Shown piece by piece: positions 1 to 10,517 of a DNA stretch of 64,000 nt. The notes under the pieces are model-generated. The model did not search any database. It was given only the letters and a program-made list of their open reading frames with translations, and had not been told where the DNA came from. The translations under genes were made by a program, and so were the position numbers. The DNA is from Frankiaceae bacterium (lineage in GTDB: Bacteria > Actinomycetota > Actinomycetes > JAFAQI01): assembly GCA_019239875.1 (NCBI GenBank), contig JAFAZI010000133.1:130-64129 (forward strand). Reading direction: 5' to 3'. Every line of letters starts with the position of its first letter. Within the stretch, counting starts at the first letter, position 1.

Positions 1-210
1 AGCGAGCCCGGATGCGCCGTACAGGCAGCCATCGCCGAGGGGACGCTGCCGCAGCGGCGGCTCGACAGCTGGCGCAAGATCGCTCGAGAGGCCGAATGGA
101 TCGCGTCCCGCAGCGACGCCAGGCTGCGGCGCGAGCGGGCCGACCGGTGGCGGCAGATTCATCTGGAGGCGCGTCGAAACAACCGGACCCGACCACAGCA
201 GAGGTAGCGT
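1..210 (+). CDS. 3' end of an upstream gene (partial; C-terminal peptide ...[47 protein letters not shown])
   Basis: Frame 1 is open from the window edge to TAG at 208-210. The track ORF 12..485 is in a different frame and runs through thyA, so it is not the real gene. Confidence 0.3.
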
Positions 211-216
211 CGCCTG

Positions 217-1017
217 GTGCCGATCAACACCGTCTACGAGGACCTGCTGCGCCAGGTTCTCGACCACGGCACCCACAAGTCCGACCGCACCGGCACCGGC
301 ACGAAGAGCGTGTTCGGGCACCAGATGCGCTTCGACCTGGCCGACGGATTTCCGCTCATCACGACCAAGCGGGTGCACTTCAAGTCGATTGCCATCGAGC
401 TGCTGTGGTTCCTCCGCGGCGACAGCAACGTGAAGTGGTTGCAGGACAACGGCGTCACCATCTGGGACGAGTGGGCGGCCGCTGACGGAGATCTCGGACC
501 GGTGTACGGCGTGCAGTGGCGATCCTGGCCGACGCCCGACGGTGGACACGTCGACCAGATCGCGACCGTGATGAACCAGCTTCGAACCGATCCGGATTCG
601 CGGCGCATGATCGTCTCGGCGTGGAACGTCAGCGACATCCCGCGGATGGCGTTGCCACCCTGCCACGCGTTCTTCCAGTTCTACGTCGCCGACGGCAGGC
701 TCTCCTGCCAGCTCTACCAGCGCAGCGCCGACCTCTTCCTGGGTGTGCCGTTCAACATCGCGAGCTACGCGCTACTCGTCCACATGGTCGCGCAGCAGGC
801 CGGCCTCGATGTCGGCGAGTTCATCTGGACAGGGGGCGACTGCCACATCTACGACAACCATGTCGAGCAGGTCACCGAGCAGCTGTCCCGCGAGCCGTTC
901 CCGTTCCCGAAGCTCGAGCTGCGTAAGGCCGAGTCGATCTTCGACTACGCATACGAGGATTTCACGGTCGTCGGCTACGAGCACCATCCTGCGATCGCCG
1001 CGCCGGTGGCCGTTTGA
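217..1017 (+). CDS. thyA: thymidylate synthase
   Basis: Full-length ThyA signature (…HQMRFDL…, …[11 protein letters not shown]…). GTG start; overlaps folA by 4 nt. Confidence 0.95.
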   Translation: MPINTVYEDLLRQVLDHGTHKSDRTGTGTKSVFGHQMRFDLADGFPLITTKRVHFKSIAIELLWFLRGDSNVKWLQDNGVTIWDEWAAADGDLGPVYGVQWRSWPTPDGGHVDQIATVMNQLRTDPDSRRMIVSAWNVSDIPRMALPPCHAFFQFYVADGRLSCQLYQRSADLFLGVPFNIASYALLVHMVAQQAGLDVGEFIWTGGDCHIYDNHVEQVTEQLSREPFPFPKLELRKAESIFDYAYEDFTVVGYEHHPAIAAPVAV

Positions 1018-1490
1018 TGCTGTCGCTCATCTGGGCGCAGGCACGAAACGGGATCATCGGCAAGGACGGCGGGATCCCATGGCACGTTCCGGAGGATCTG
1101 GCGAACTTCAAGGCGCTGACCACCGGCCACACCGTCGTCATGGGACGAGCGACCTGGGAGTCGCTGCCGCCGAGGTTCCGGCCGTTGCCGCAGCGTCGAA
1201 ATCTCGTGCTGACCCGCCAGCCGGACTGGACGGCGGAAGGTGCCGAGCCCGTGGGGTCGCTCGAGGCAGCAATTGCCGCGTCGGACGGCGAGCTGTGGGT
1301 GATCGGGGGTGGACAGGTCTATGCGGCCGCGATGTCGCTCGCCGACCAGCTGGTCGTCACCGAGGTGGACCTCGACATCGACGGCGACACGCTGGCGCCG
1401 CCGATCGAGCCGCGATGGTCGATCGTCGAGTCGTCGGACTGGCTGGAATCAATCAAGGGGCTCCGCTACCGCATCGCGCGATACGGTTGA
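1014..1490 (+). CDS. folA: dihydrofolate reductase
   Basis: DHFR motifs ([23 protein letters not shown]…[12 protein letters not shown]). Start overlaps the thyA stop (ATGA). Confidence 0.93.
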   Translation: MMLSLIWAQARNGIIGKDGGIPWHVPEDLANFKALTTGHTVVMGRATWESLPPRFRPLPQRRNLVLTRQPDWTAEGAEPVGSLEAAIAASDGELWVIGGGQVYAAAMSLADQLVVTEVDLDIDGDTLAPPIEPRWSIVESSDWLESIKGLRYRIARYG

Positions 1491-1494
1491 CGGC

Positions 1495-2382
1495 ATGAAC
1501 GCCCCGTTCGGCCGCGTGCTCACCGCGATGGTCTCGCCGATGCGTGCCGACGGCTCGCTGGACCTCGAGGGCACCCAGCGACTCGCCACTTCCCTCGTCG
1601 ATGAAGGCCACGACGGCTTGGTCATCAGCGGCACCACTGGTGAGTCGCCGACCACAACCGACGAGGAGAAGGACCAGCTGCTTCGTGCGGTCGTCGAAGC
1701 GGTCGGGGATCGCGCGACGGTGGTCGCCGGTGTCGGTACGTATGACACCGCGCACACGGTGGAGCTTGCCAAGCACGCTGAGAAAGCCGGCGTGGACGGC
1801 CTGCTGCTGGTGACGCCGTACTACAACAAGCCCCCGCAAGCCGGGCTGATCAATCACTTCACGACGGCGGCAGACGCGACCGGCCTGCCGGTCATGATCT
1901 ACGACATCCCGGCACGCTCCGGGGTGCCGATCCAGACGTCGACGATGCTTCGCTTGGCCGAGCACCCCAGAATCGTTGCGGTCAAAGACGCCAAAGGGGA
2001 CCTCTTCGCGACCACTGAGGTGCTCGCGCGAACCGACCTCGCCTTCTACTCCGGTGAAGACGCACTCAACCTGCCGATGCTGGCGATCGGCGCGGTCGGC
2101 ATGGTGAGTGTTGTCGGCCACCTGTTCGGCGCGGAGTACGCCGCGATGGTGGCGGCAGTGGACCGCGGCGATCTCGCCGCGGCGCAGCAGATCAACGCGG
2201 CGCTGGTCCCGGCTGTCGTGGGCATCATGACCCGAACCCAGGGCGCGATCATGGTCAAGGCTGCGCTCGAGCTCGTCGGCAAGATCAACACCCGCACGAC
2301 GCGGCCGCCGTTGGTCGACGCGACAGCTGACGAGATCGCGCTGCTGCGCAGCGATCTGAAGGCCGCCGGTATCGACTTGTGA
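1495..2382 (+). CDS. dapA: 4-hydroxy-tetrahydrodipicolinate synthase
   Basis: DapA family (…ISGTTGESPTT…, …YYNKP…). The ATG at 1495 lies 5 nt after the folA stop; the track ORF is N-terminally over-extended. Confidence 0.9.
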   Translation: MNAPFGRVLTAMVSPMRADGSLDLEGTQRLATSLVDEGHDGLVISGTTGESPTTTDEEKDQLLRAVVEAVGDRATVVAGVGTYDTAHTVELAKHAEKAGVDGLLLVTPYYNKPPQAGLINHFTTAADATGLPVMIYDIPARSGVPIQTSTMLRLAEHPRIVAVKDAKGDLFATTEVLARTDLAFYSGEDALNLPMLAIGAVGMVSVVGHLFGAEYAAMVAAVDRGDLAAAQQINAALVPAVVGIMTRTQGAIMVKAALELVGKINTRTTRPPLVDATADEIALLRSDLKAAGIDL

Positions 2383-2392
2383 GTCCTTCGCA

Positions 2393-4081
2393 GTGAGTCA
2401 TCCTCACCCGGATCTCGGTCCGCCGCCTGCGCTGGTTGATGACGCCCTGCGCGTCGTGGCGCTCGGCGGCATCGGCGAGATCGGCCGCAACATGACGGTG
2501 TTCGAGCACCGCGGCCGACTGCTGATCGTCGACTGCGGGGTGCTGTTCCCGGAGACCGAGCAACCGGGCATCGACCTGATCCTCCCGGACTTCTCCTATC
2601 TCCGGGATCGGTGGGGCGACGTCGACGCGGTCGTTCTGACACACGGCCACGAGGACCACATCGGTGCTGTGCCGTACCTGCTGCGGGAGGCGCCGCAGGT
2701 GCCGCTCGTCGGATCGCAGCTGACGCTGGCACTGGTCGAAGGCAAGCTGCAGGAACATCGCATCACGCCGCTCACCCTCCAGGTGCGGGAAGGGCAGACC
2801 GAGCAGCTGGGGCCGTTCGCCTGCGAGTTCTTCGCCGTGAACCACTCGATTCCCGATGCGCTCGGCGTCGCGATCCGGACCGCCGCCGGCACCGTGCTCC
2901 ACACCGGCGACTTCAAGATGGATCAGATCCCGCTCGACGGGCGGATCACCGACCTCGGCGGCTGGGCGAGGCTCGGTCGCGAGGGCGTCGACCTGCTCAT
3001 GAGCGACTCGACGAACGCCGAGGTGCCCGGCTTCGTCACCCCCGAGCGTGAGATCGGGCCGGTCCTCGATGACATCTTCCGAGGTGCCAACCGGCGGATC
3101 ATCGTCGCCTGCTTCGCCTCGCACGTTCATCGAGTCCAGCAGGTGCTCGACATCGCGCACGAGCATCGCCGCAAGGTGGCGTTCATCGGACGGTCGATGG
3201 TTCGCAACATGGGCATCGCCCGGGACCTGGGCTACCTGCGCATCCCGGCCGACCTGATCATGGATCTGAAGGAGATCGACAAGCTGGCTCCCGACGAGGT
3301 GGTGCTGATATCCACCGGGTCGCAGGGTGAGCCGATGTCGGCGCTGTCGCGGATGGCGAACCGTGCACATCAGCAGATCCGGATCGAGCCCGGGGACACG
3401 GTGGTGCTCGCCTCCTCGCTGGTTCCCGGCAATGAGACCGCGGTGTTCCGCGTCATCAACGGGCTGAACCGGCTCGGCGCCCACGTCGTTCACAAGGAAA
3501 CGGCGATGGTGCACGTGTCCGGCCACGCTCCGGCCGGCGAGCTGCTCTACGTCCTCAACATGACCCGGCCGTCGAACGTGATGCCGATCCACGGCGAGTG
3601 GCGCCATCTGCGCGCCCACGCGGAGCTTGCGGTCGCGTCGGGGGTGCCACGCGACAACGTCGTGCTGGCCGACGACGGTGTCGTCGTCGATCTGCTCGAC
3701 GGCAAGGCGTCGATCGTTGGCACGATCCCGGCCGGATACGTGTACGTCGACGGGCTGGCGGTCGGAGACATCGGTGAGCAAGAGCTCAAAGACCGCCTGA
3801 TCCTCGGCGGTGACGGGTTCGTCTCCGTCTTCTTGGCGGTGGACTCGGTGACCGGCAAGGTGTCCGCTGGACCCGAGATCCTCGCGCGCGGCTTCTCCGA
3901 GGACGCGACGGCATTCGACGCGGTGATCCCTCTGGTGGAAGAGTCCCTGGCCGCCGCAGCGCGGGAGGGGATCAGCGAGCGGCACGAGCTCCAACAGCGA
4001 GTACGCCGCGTCGTCGGGAAGTGGGTGAGCGACACCTATCGCCGCCGACCGATGATCATTCCGGTCGTGATCGAGGTCTGA
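2393..4081 (+). CDS. rnj: ribonuclease J (metallo-β-lactamase / β-CASP RNase)
   Basis: HxHxDH motif (THGHEDHIGAVPYLL) and RNase J architecture, 562 aa. Same position as Rv2752c in the mycobacterial gene order. Confidence 0.9.
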   Translation: MSHPHPDLGPPPALVDDALRVVALGGIGEIGRNMTVFEHRGRLLIVDCGVLFPETEQPGIDLILPDFSYLRDRWGDVDAVVLTHGHEDHIGAVPYLLREAPQVPLVGSQLTLALVEGKLQEHRITPLTLQVREGQTEQLGPFACEFFAVNHSIPDALGVAIRTAAGTVLHTGDFKMDQIPLDGRITDLGGWARLGREGVDLLMSDSTNAEVPGFVTPEREIGPVLDDIFRGANRRIIVACFASHVHRVQQVLDIAHEHRRKVAFIGRSMVRNMGIARDLGYLRIPADLIMDLKEIDKLAPDEVVLISTGSQGEPMSALSRMANRAHQQIRIEPGDTVVLASSLVPGNETAVFRVINGLNRLGAHVVHKETAMVHVSGHAPAGELLYVLNMTRPSNVMPIHGEWRHLRAHAELAVASGVPRDNVVLADDGVVVDLLDGKASIVGTIPAGYVYVDGLAVGDIGEQELKDRLILGGDGFVSVFLAVDSVTGKVSAGPEILARGFSEDATAFDAVIPLVEESLAAAAREGISERHELQQRVRRVVGKWVSDTYRRRPMIIPVVIEV

Positions 4082-4143
4082 GCGCCACGCTGCGCCCCGC
4101 GTGGCTCATGTGACTCGTGTGACACAAGGGTTACGCTCCGAGC

Positions 4144-6660
4144 GTGGCAACCAAGACTTCCCCGCGCCCACGGACACCCGCAGCCAGCCGAAGTTCGGCG
4201 TCGAGCCGTACGACGAGCTCGCGGCCGGCCTCGACGGCACGCAAGCCGGCGACCCGGTCGGCGGCGGCCCGCAAACCGGCGGCGCGCCGCGCCCCGGCTC
4301 GCCAGCCGGCGGCTCGGCGTACCACCGCGAGCCGCCCCGGCTTGGGCGCTCGCCTGATCCGTGCCCTCGGCCGGGCGCTGATGGCGCTGTGGATGCTCAT
4401 CGCCCACGGTCTTGGCGCCAGCGTCCGGGGTCTCAGCGGCGGGGCTCGTGACCTCGATCCGGCCCATCGCCGGGACGGGGTGGGCCTGCTCTCCCTCGCG
4501 CTTGCGCTCGTTGTCGCGGTCGGCGCGTGGGCTGATTCGGCCGGCCCGTTCGGTCACGGCCTGACCCACGTCCTGCGGTCGCTGATCGGCGCAGGGGTCA
4601 TGGTGCTGCCGATCGCGCTTGCGGCGGGTGCCTTCCACTTCCTGCGCAAGCCGGCACCCGATGGCCCGCGAGGGCGAGTCGTCGTCGGCTGGATCGCCGT
4701 CGCCGTGGGCTACCTCGGCATCCTGGATCTCGTTCACGGCGACCCGTCGGGTGCGGCCGCTCGCCGCGCCGCGGGCGGCGTGCTCGGCGTGCTCGCCGGA
4801 TCACCGCTCGGGACCGCGCTCACGGCCTACCTCGCCGTCCCGGTGCTCGCGATGATCGGAGTGTTCGGCCTGCTCGTGGTCACCGGTACGCCGTTGCACG
4901 CCGTACCCGACCGACTGCGCACGCTCGGTCGCAAGCCCGCCGCGGCGGATGGTGCCCCGCAGCTCGAGGATGGAATGCTCCCGACCGAGCCGATCAAGCG
5001 CCGGCGGGCGCCGAAGAAGGACAAGGACGCCGACGCGCTCAAGACCAACCCGGACGCGCCGTTCTCCGCCTCGCCGGTGATCTCCGAAGCCGATGCCGAG
5101 CAGCCGCCCCAGGTCATCACCATCCCCGAAGCCGGCGCAGCCGCGGTCGACGTCCCGTTGCAGCCCGCGAAGCAGCTCGCTCTCGGCGACGGCGCATTCC
5201 AGCTGCCGCCGATGACGCTACTGCGGGAAGGCAGCGCTCCGAAGGCGAAGAGTCGAGCGAACGACATCGTCATCGACGCGCTGACCCAGGTCTTCTCGGA
5301 GTTCGATGTCGACGCCGCGGTCACTGGCTTCACCAGGGGACCGACGGTCACGCGTTACGAGGTCGAGCTCGGGCCGGGAGTGAAGGTCGAGCGGATCAAG
5401 GCGCTGCTTCGCAACATCGCGTATGCCGTGAAGAGTCCCGACGTCCGGATCATCGACGTCATCCCGGGCAAGTCCGCGATCGGCATCGAGATCCCGAACA
5501 CCGACCGCGAGACGGTCAGCCTCGGTGACGTGCTGCGTTCACCGGTCGCGACCCGCGACCATCATCCGCTGACCGTGGCCCTCGGCAAGGACGTCGAAGG
5601 CCGGTTCATCGCAGCCAATCTCGCGAAGATGCCGCACATCCTCATCGCCGGTGCGACCGGCGCCGGTAAGAGCACGTGCATCAACAGCCTGATCAGCTCG
5701 ATCCTCGCGCGTGCCACCCCGGATGAGGTCAGGCTCGTCCTGATCGACCCCAAGCGGGTGGAGCTCACCCACTACCAGGGCATCCCGCACCTGATCACTC
5801 CGATCATCACGAATCCGAAGAAGGCGTCCGAGGCGCTGCAGTGGGTGGTTCGTGAGATGGAGCTCCGGTACGACGACATGGAGGCGGCCGGGGTTCGCCA
5901 CATCGACGACTTCAACGTCAAGGTCCGTGCCGGCAAGCTCACTCCGGCGCCGGGGACCGACGGGCGGGCGTTCGCGACGTACCCCTATCTGTTGGTGGTC
6001 GTCGACGAGCTCGCGGACCTGATGATGGTCGCGCCGCGCGACGTCGAGGACGCGGTGGTCCGGATCACGCAGCTCGCGCGCGCGGCGGGCATCCACCTCG
6101 TTCTCGCGACCCAGCGCCCGAGCGTCGACGTGGTGACCGGACTGATCAAGGCCAACGTTCCGAGCCGCCTCGCGTTCGCGACGGCAAGCCTCGCCGACTC
6201 GCGCGTCATCCTCGACCAGCCCGGCGCCGAGAAGCTCGTCGGCGGTGGCGACGCGCTGTTCCTGCCGATGGGGGAGAGCAAACCGATTCGGCTGCAGGGC
6301 GCCTACGTGTCGGACTCCGAGATCGACGCGATCGTCGCCCACGTGAAGAAGCAGATGGCGCCGGAGTATCGCGAGGACGTCACCGCCGGCGTCGTTGCCA
6401 AGCGGGAGGCGGACGAGGAGGTCGGCGACGACCTCGAGCTGCTGTGCCAGGCGATCGAGCTGGTGGTGACGACTCAGTTCGGGTCCACGTCGATGCTGCA
6501 GCGAAAGCTGCGCGTCGGGTTTGCCAAGGCCGGACGGTTGATGGACCTGATGGAAAGTCGCGGTGTCGTTGGACCTAGCGAGGGCTCCAAGGCGCGTGAC
6601 GTCCTGGTACGGCCCGAGGAGATGGACGGCATCCTCGCGACGCTTCGCGGCGAGGGCTAG
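4144..6660 (+). CDS. ftsK: DNA translocase FtsK
   Basis: N-terminal membrane segments, Pro/Ala-rich linker and FtsK/SpoIIIE motor with Walker A (GATGAGKST) and a C-terminal γ domain. Confidence 0.93.
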   Translation: MATKTSPRPRTPAASRSSASSRTTSSRPASTARKPATRSAAARKPAARRAPARQPAARRTTASRPGLGARLIRALGRALMALWMLIAHGLGASVRGLSGGARDLDPAHRRDGVGLLSLALALVVAVGAWADSAGPFGHGLTHVLRSLIGAGVMVLPIALAAGAFHFLRKPAPDGPRGRVVVGWIAVAVGYLGILDLVHGDPSGAAARRAAGGVLGVLAGSPLGTALTAYLAVPVLAMIGVFGLLVVTGTPLHAVPDRLRTLGRKPAAADGAPQLEDGMLPTEPIKRRRAPKKDKDADALKTNPDAPFSASPVISEADAEQPPQVITIPEAGAAAVDVPLQPAKQLALGDGAFQLPPMTLLREGSAPKAKSRANDIVIDALTQVFSEFDVDAAVTGFTRGPTVTRYEVELGPGVKVERIKALLRNIAYAVKSPDVRIIDVIPGKSAIGIEIPNTDRETVSLGDVLRSPVATRDHHPLTVALGKDVEGRFIAANLAKMPHILIAGATGAGKSTCINSLISSILARATPDEVRLVLIDPKRVELTHYQGIPHLITPIITNPKKASEALQWVVREMELRYDDMEAAGVRHIDDFNVKVRAGKLTPAPGTDGRAFATYPYLLVVVDELADLMMVAPRDVEDAVVRITQLARAAGIHLVLATQRPSVDVVTGLIKANVPSRLAFATASLADSRVILDQPGAEKLVGGGDALFLPMGESKPIRLQGAYVSDSEIDAIVAHVKKQMAPEYREDVTAGVVAKREADEEVGDDLELLCQAIELVVTTQFGSTSMLQRKLRVGFAKAGRLMDLMESRGVVGPSEGSKARDVLVRPEEMDGILATLRGEG

Positions 6661-6759
6661 CGACAGCGGCGTCACAGCGTCCACGTCGGCCCTTTGCTCG
6701 GGCTTTTGACCGGTCCTAGGATGGGCGCCTGAAGCACACTCGACTACAAGGGCCAACTA

Positions 6760-7524
6760 GTGACCGTCGGCGAAACACTTTCCCACGCCCGACGCAAGCG
6801 AGGGTTGTCGGTGGAGGACGTCGCCGCCGACACGCGGATCCGCGCGGCCGTGATCACGGCGATCGAATCTGATCGCTACGACCTCTGCGGCGGCACTGTC
6901 TATGCGCGCGGGCACATCCGAAGCATCGCGAAGGTCGTCGGCGTCAATCCGGAAGAGCTGATCGGCGAGTTCGACAGCGTCCATCAGGTCGAGCGGGTGG
7001 TGGCCGCCGTCGCGGCCACCCCCACCGATCACGACCTGGTCGCGCGAGCCGAACGCCGGCAGCCGAACTGGACAGTCGCCATGGCCGCGGCCCTCGTGGT
7101 GATCTGCGGGTTCGCGATCGTCGGGCTCGTCTCGCACAAGTCGAACTCGCCGGCCGCCGATGGTGCCGGCAGCCAGACGCCGCAGGGTCAGGCCGGCCAC
7201 CCGACACAGCAGCCCAGCTCACCGCCGCCATCCGCCGTCGCGCAGCTGCCGGCCGCAGGCGAGGCGACGATGCTCGTGCGAAGCGTCAGTGGGCGCACCT
7301 GGCTGTCCGTGACGACGAAGAACGGCCGCACGCTGTTCAGCGGCATCCTCGAAGTCGGGCAGCACAAGGCGTTCAGCGACCGCAAAGGGTTGGCTTACGT
7401 CATCGGGAACGCGCCGGTGGTCGACGTCGTCGTCAACGGCAACGACATCGGGGCGCCGCCATCGTCGAATGTCGTCGCGCGCGGCAGCGTCATCCCTGGA
7501 AAGGGCACCGTTCAGCAGGCGTGA
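6760..7524 (+). CDS. HTH (XRE-like) + DUF4115 domain protein, RodZ-like
   Basis: N-terminal HTH (GLSVEDVAADTRI…), one transmembrane segment, and a C-terminal DUF4115-like β domain. Confidence 0.7.
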   Translation: MTVGETLSHARRKRGLSVEDVAADTRIRAAVITAIESDRYDLCGGTVYARGHIRSIAKVVGVNPEELIGEFDSVHQVERVVAAVAATPTDHDLVARAERRQPNWTVAMAAALVVICGFAIVGLVSHKSNSPAADGAGSQTPQGQAGHPTQQPSSPPPSAVAQLPAAGEATMLVRSVSGRTWLSVTTKNGRTLFSGILEVGQHKAFSDRKGLAYVIGNAPVVDVVVNGNDIGAPPSSNVVARGSVIPGKGTVQQA

Positions 7525-7552
7525 TCCAACGCTGCCTCAGTAGCCTCTAACC

Positions 7553-8890
7553 GTGCCCCGATCCGTTGCCCTCGTGACTTTGGGCTGCGCGCGTAACGAG
7601 GTCGACTCGGAGGAGCTGGCGGCGCGACTCGAGCGCGACGGCTGGGTCGTCACGGACGACGCGCACCGGGCCGACGCCGTGATGGTCAACACGTGCGGAT
7701 TCATCGAGGCGGCAAAAGCGGACAGCATCGAGCAGCTCCTCGAAGCGGCGGACACCGGGCGTCCCGTGATTGCGGTCGGTTGCATGGCCGAGCGGTACGG
7801 CGGTGAGCTGGCGCGCGAGCTCGACGAGGTGACGGTTCTCGGGTTCGACGACTACGCGGCGATCGGCGACCGGCTCGACGATGTCATCGCCGGTCGTCCG
7901 CTGGTCCCGCACACGCCCCAGGACCGCCGGACGCTCCTGCCGATCAGCCCGGTCGACCGGGCAACCGCCGCCGCGCCACCCCTGCTACGCAAGCGGCTCG
8001 ACAGCGGCCCGGTTGCATCGATTCGTCTGGCCTCTGGCTGTGACCGGCGGTGTGCGTTCTGCGCGATCCCCACCTTCCGCGGCGCCTTCGTCTCACGGCA
8101 GCCGGCCGAGGTCTTGGCCGAGGCCGAGTGGCTCGCCGACACCGGTGTTCGCGAGATCGTCCTGGTGAGCGAAAACTCCACGTCCTATGGAAAGGACCTC
8201 GGCGACCTGCGACTGCTCGAGAAGCTGCTGCCGCAGCTCGCTGCTGTCGATGGCATTGACCGAGTTCGGGTCTCCTACCTCCAGCCGGCGGAGATGCGGC
8301 CGTCGCTGGTCGAGGTGATGACCAGTACGCGTGGGGTTGCGGCGTACTTCGACCTGTCGTTCCAGCACTCGAGCGAGAGCTTGCTGCGCCGGATGCGGCG
8401 CTTCGGCGGCACGGAGGCCTTTCTCGAGCTGATTGCGTCGGTACGTGGCCGGATCCCGACCGCCGGCGTCCGCAGCAACGTGATCGTCGGGTTCCCTGGC
8501 GAGACCGACGCCGATGTCGATGAGCTCGCGAACTTCTTGAACCAGGCCAGGCTCGACGCCATTGGCGTGTTCGGGTACTCCGACGAGGATGGCACCGAGG
8601 CCGAGTCGTTGCCGGACAAGGTCAGTGGCCCCGAGATCGTGCGACGCGTCGAACGGATCTCGTCGCTCGCCGAGGAGCTGACCTCACAGCGTGCCGAGGA
8701 TCGCATCGGTGAGGAGATCGAGGTCCTCATCGAGACGGTCGGTCGCGACACCGTCGAAGGTCGCGCGGAACATCAGGCGCCGGAGGTCGACGGATCGGTC
8801 ACCATCCGAGGCGAGCTGGCCGTCGGCGATCTGATCCTCGCGCGGGTCGTCGCCAACGAAGGCGTCGACCTGTTGGCGGAGCCACTGTGA
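7553..8890 (+). CDS. rimO: ribosomal protein S12 methylthiotransferase RimO (radical SAM MTTase)
   Basis: MTTase N-domain ([11 protein letters not shown]…), radical SAM CxxxCxxC ([13 protein letters not shown]), and a TRAM domain. Confidence 0.85.
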   Translation: MPRSVALVTLGCARNEVDSEELAARLERDGWVVTDDAHRADAVMVNTCGFIEAAKADSIEQLLEAADTGRPVIAVGCMAERYGGELARELDEVTVLGFDDYAAIGDRLDDVIAGRPLVPHTPQDRRTLLPISPVDRATAAAPPLLRKRLDSGPVASIRLASGCDRRCAFCAIPTFRGAFVSRQPAEVLAEAEWLADTGVREIVLVSENSTSYGKDLGDLRLLEKLLPQLAAVDGIDRVRVSYLQPAEMRPSLVEVMTSTRGVAAYFDLSFQHSSESLLRRMRRFGGTEAFLELIASVRGRIPTAGVRSNVIVGFPGETDADVDELANFLNQARLDAIGVFGYSDEDGTEAESLPDKVSGPEIVRRVERISSLAEELTSQRAEDRIGEEIEVLIETVGRDTVEGRAEHQAPEVDGSVTIRGELAVGDLILARVVANEGVDLLAEPL

Positions 8891-9591
8891 GCGACCCGCC
8901 GGAGCGGGCCGGCCGGGCTCCGGGCGAGCCCATCCTGCCGATGCTCTCTCAGCTCCCCCCGCTGCCGGCGCCGAAGCCCGATCAGATGGGCGATCCGGTC
9001 AGCAACGCCAAGGTCTGGAACATCGCGAACATCCTGACGTTCTTGCGGTTGCTGCTCGTGCCGGTGTTCGTCGTCCTGCTCGTCGCGAACGGCGGCCACT
9101 CCGACGGCTGGCGCACGTTGGCCTTCGCGGCGTTCGCCGTCGCCTGCGTGACCGATCTGGTCGACGGTGACCTCGCCCGTCGTCGAAATCTGGTGACCGA
9201 GGTCGGAAAGATCGCGGACCCGATCGCGGACAAGGCATTGACCGGCGCCGCGCTTATCGGGCTGTCCTCGCTCGCCGACCTGCCGTGGTGGGTCACGGTC
9301 GTCGTCCTGGCGCGCGAGCTCGGCATCACCGCGTTGCGATTCTTCGTCATCCGGCACGGCGTCATTCCGGCGAGTCGCGGCGGCAAGGCGAAGACGTTGG
9401 TGCAGAACATCGCGATCGGCCTGTATGTCCTGCCGCTCACCGGCTGGCCCGCGACCACCCGGTTCTGGGTGATGGCCGTCGCGCTCCTGCTGACCGCCGC
9501 AACTGGTGCGGACTACGTGTCGAAGGCCGTGACACTGCGGCGCAACAGCGCGCGAACGGCGTGGAAGCGGTTGCGCAAAGCCAGTGAGTGA
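8887..9591 (+). CDS. pgsA: CDP-diacylglycerol–glycerol-3-phosphate 3-phosphatidyltransferase
   Basis: CDP-alcohol phosphatidyltransferase motif ([27 protein letters not shown]). GTG start overlaps the rimO stop; the exact start is uncertain. Confidence 0.85.
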   Translation: MSDPPERAGRAPGEPILPMLSQLPPLPAPKPDQMGDPVSNAKVWNIANILTFLRLLLVPVFVVLLVANGGHSDGWRTLAFAAFAVACVTDLVDGDLARRRNLVTEVGKIADPIADKALTGAALIGLSSLADLPWWVTVVVLARELGITALRFFVIRHGVIPASRGGKAKTLVQNIAIGLYVLPLTGWPATTRFWVMAVALLLTAATGADYVSKAVTLRRNSARTAWKRLRKASE

Positions 9592-10063
9592 CCTCGCCGC
9601 GGACATCCATCAGCGTCTGCTTGAACGCGGCGAGACCGTCGCCACCGCAGAGTCGCTGACCGCCGGGTTGGTGGGGGCCGAGCTCACCCGCGTCGCGGGC
9701 TCCTCGGCGACGTACCGGGGTGGTGTCATCGTCTACGCGACCGAGCTCAAGGCACAGCTCGCCGGTGTCCCCGGCGACCTGCTGGCGGCTCGAGGACCGG
9801 TCGATCGCGAGGTTGCGGCTGCGATGGCGGTCGGCATCCGGGAGCGGATCGATGCCACCTGGGGGCTCTCGCTGACCGGAGTCGCCGGCCCGGATCCGCA
9901 GGACGGGAAGCCAGTGGGCCTGGTCTTTGTTGGACTAGCTGTGGCTGGTCGAACCCCTGCGGTCGCCGAGTTGATGCTTTCGGGGGATCGGGCAGCCATC
10001 CGAACGGGTGCTGTCGCGGCGGCGTTAGCACTCCTTCGCGACACGCTCGCCGCCGCCGAGTAA
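9584..10063 (+). CDS. cinA: CinA C-terminal domain protein (PncC-type NMN deamidase domain only)
   Basis: TAESLTAGL… motif of the CinA C-terminal domain, 159 aa. The N-terminal MoCF-binding domain is absent. Confidence 0.85.
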   Translation: MSDLAADIHQRLLERGETVATAESLTAGLVGAELTRVAGSSATYRGGVIVYATELKAQLAGVPGDLLAARGPVDREVAAAMAVGIRERIDATWGLSLTGVAGPDPQDGKPVGLVFVGLAVAGRTPAVAELMLSGDRAAIRTGAVAAALALLRDTLAAAE

Positions 10064-10072
10064 CGTGGGTGA

Positions 10073-10516
10073 ATGGTGCTGCTCCGTCGCATGTTGGGTG
10101 ATGTGCTCCGTCGTCACCGGGTCCGCCAGTCGCGGACCCTGCGCGATGTGAGCGTTGCCGCCGGTGTGTCGCTCGGCTACCTCTCCGAGGTCGAGCGTGG
10201 CCGCAAAGAGGCGTCGAGTGAGCTGCTTGCGGCGATCTGTGGCGCCCTCGATGTGAGCCTCGCCGAGGTGCTTCGCGAGGTCAGCGACGATCTGGCGCGC
10301 GAGGAGCGACGGCTGCGGGTGGCGCCGGTGGGGTTCTCAAGCGGCCCTCGTACGCTGCCAACCCTCGCCGGGTCTCGGCCGGTTGCCGGCATCGCTCCAC
10401 TCGTTCCGTCTCGCACGGAGCGTCCGACCAGCCGTCCGGCTGGCCGACCGGCGACACCGGTTGGCCCGGTCGCCCTGCTGATGACGAGGTCGTCGACTCC
10501 ATTCGTCGCTGCCTGA
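10073..10516 (+). CDS. clgR: ClgR-like XRE-family transcriptional regulator
   Basis: HTH region ([36 protein letters not shown]) closely resembles ClgR. Position after pgsA/cinA is conserved. It carries a Pro-rich C-terminal tail. Confidence 0.8.
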   Translation: MVLLRRMLGDVLRRHRVRQSRTLRDVSVAAGVSLGYLSEVERGRKEASSELLAAICGALDVSLAEVLREVSDDLAREERRLRVAPVGFSSGPRTLPTLAGSRPVAGIAPLVPSRTERPTSRPAGRPATPVGPVALLMTRSSTPFVAA

Positions 10517-10517
10517 C

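Noticed and set aside
12-485. Track ORF (157 aa, Arg/Ala-rich) spanning the start of thyA
   Set aside because: It is in a different frame from, and overlaps, the strongly supported thyA. Its low-complexity composition is typical of spurious high-GC frames. The frame-1 reading 1..210 is the more plausible gene end.
2285-3994. Long antisense ORFs opposite real genes (e.g. 2285..3994−, 5539..6756−, 12464..14986+, 45450..46739−, 10281..11366−)
   Set aside because: They lie opposite genes with clear homology and translate to low-complexity Arg/Ala/Gly/Pro-rich sequence. This is the expected stop-codon-poor antisense artefact in ~70% GC DNA.
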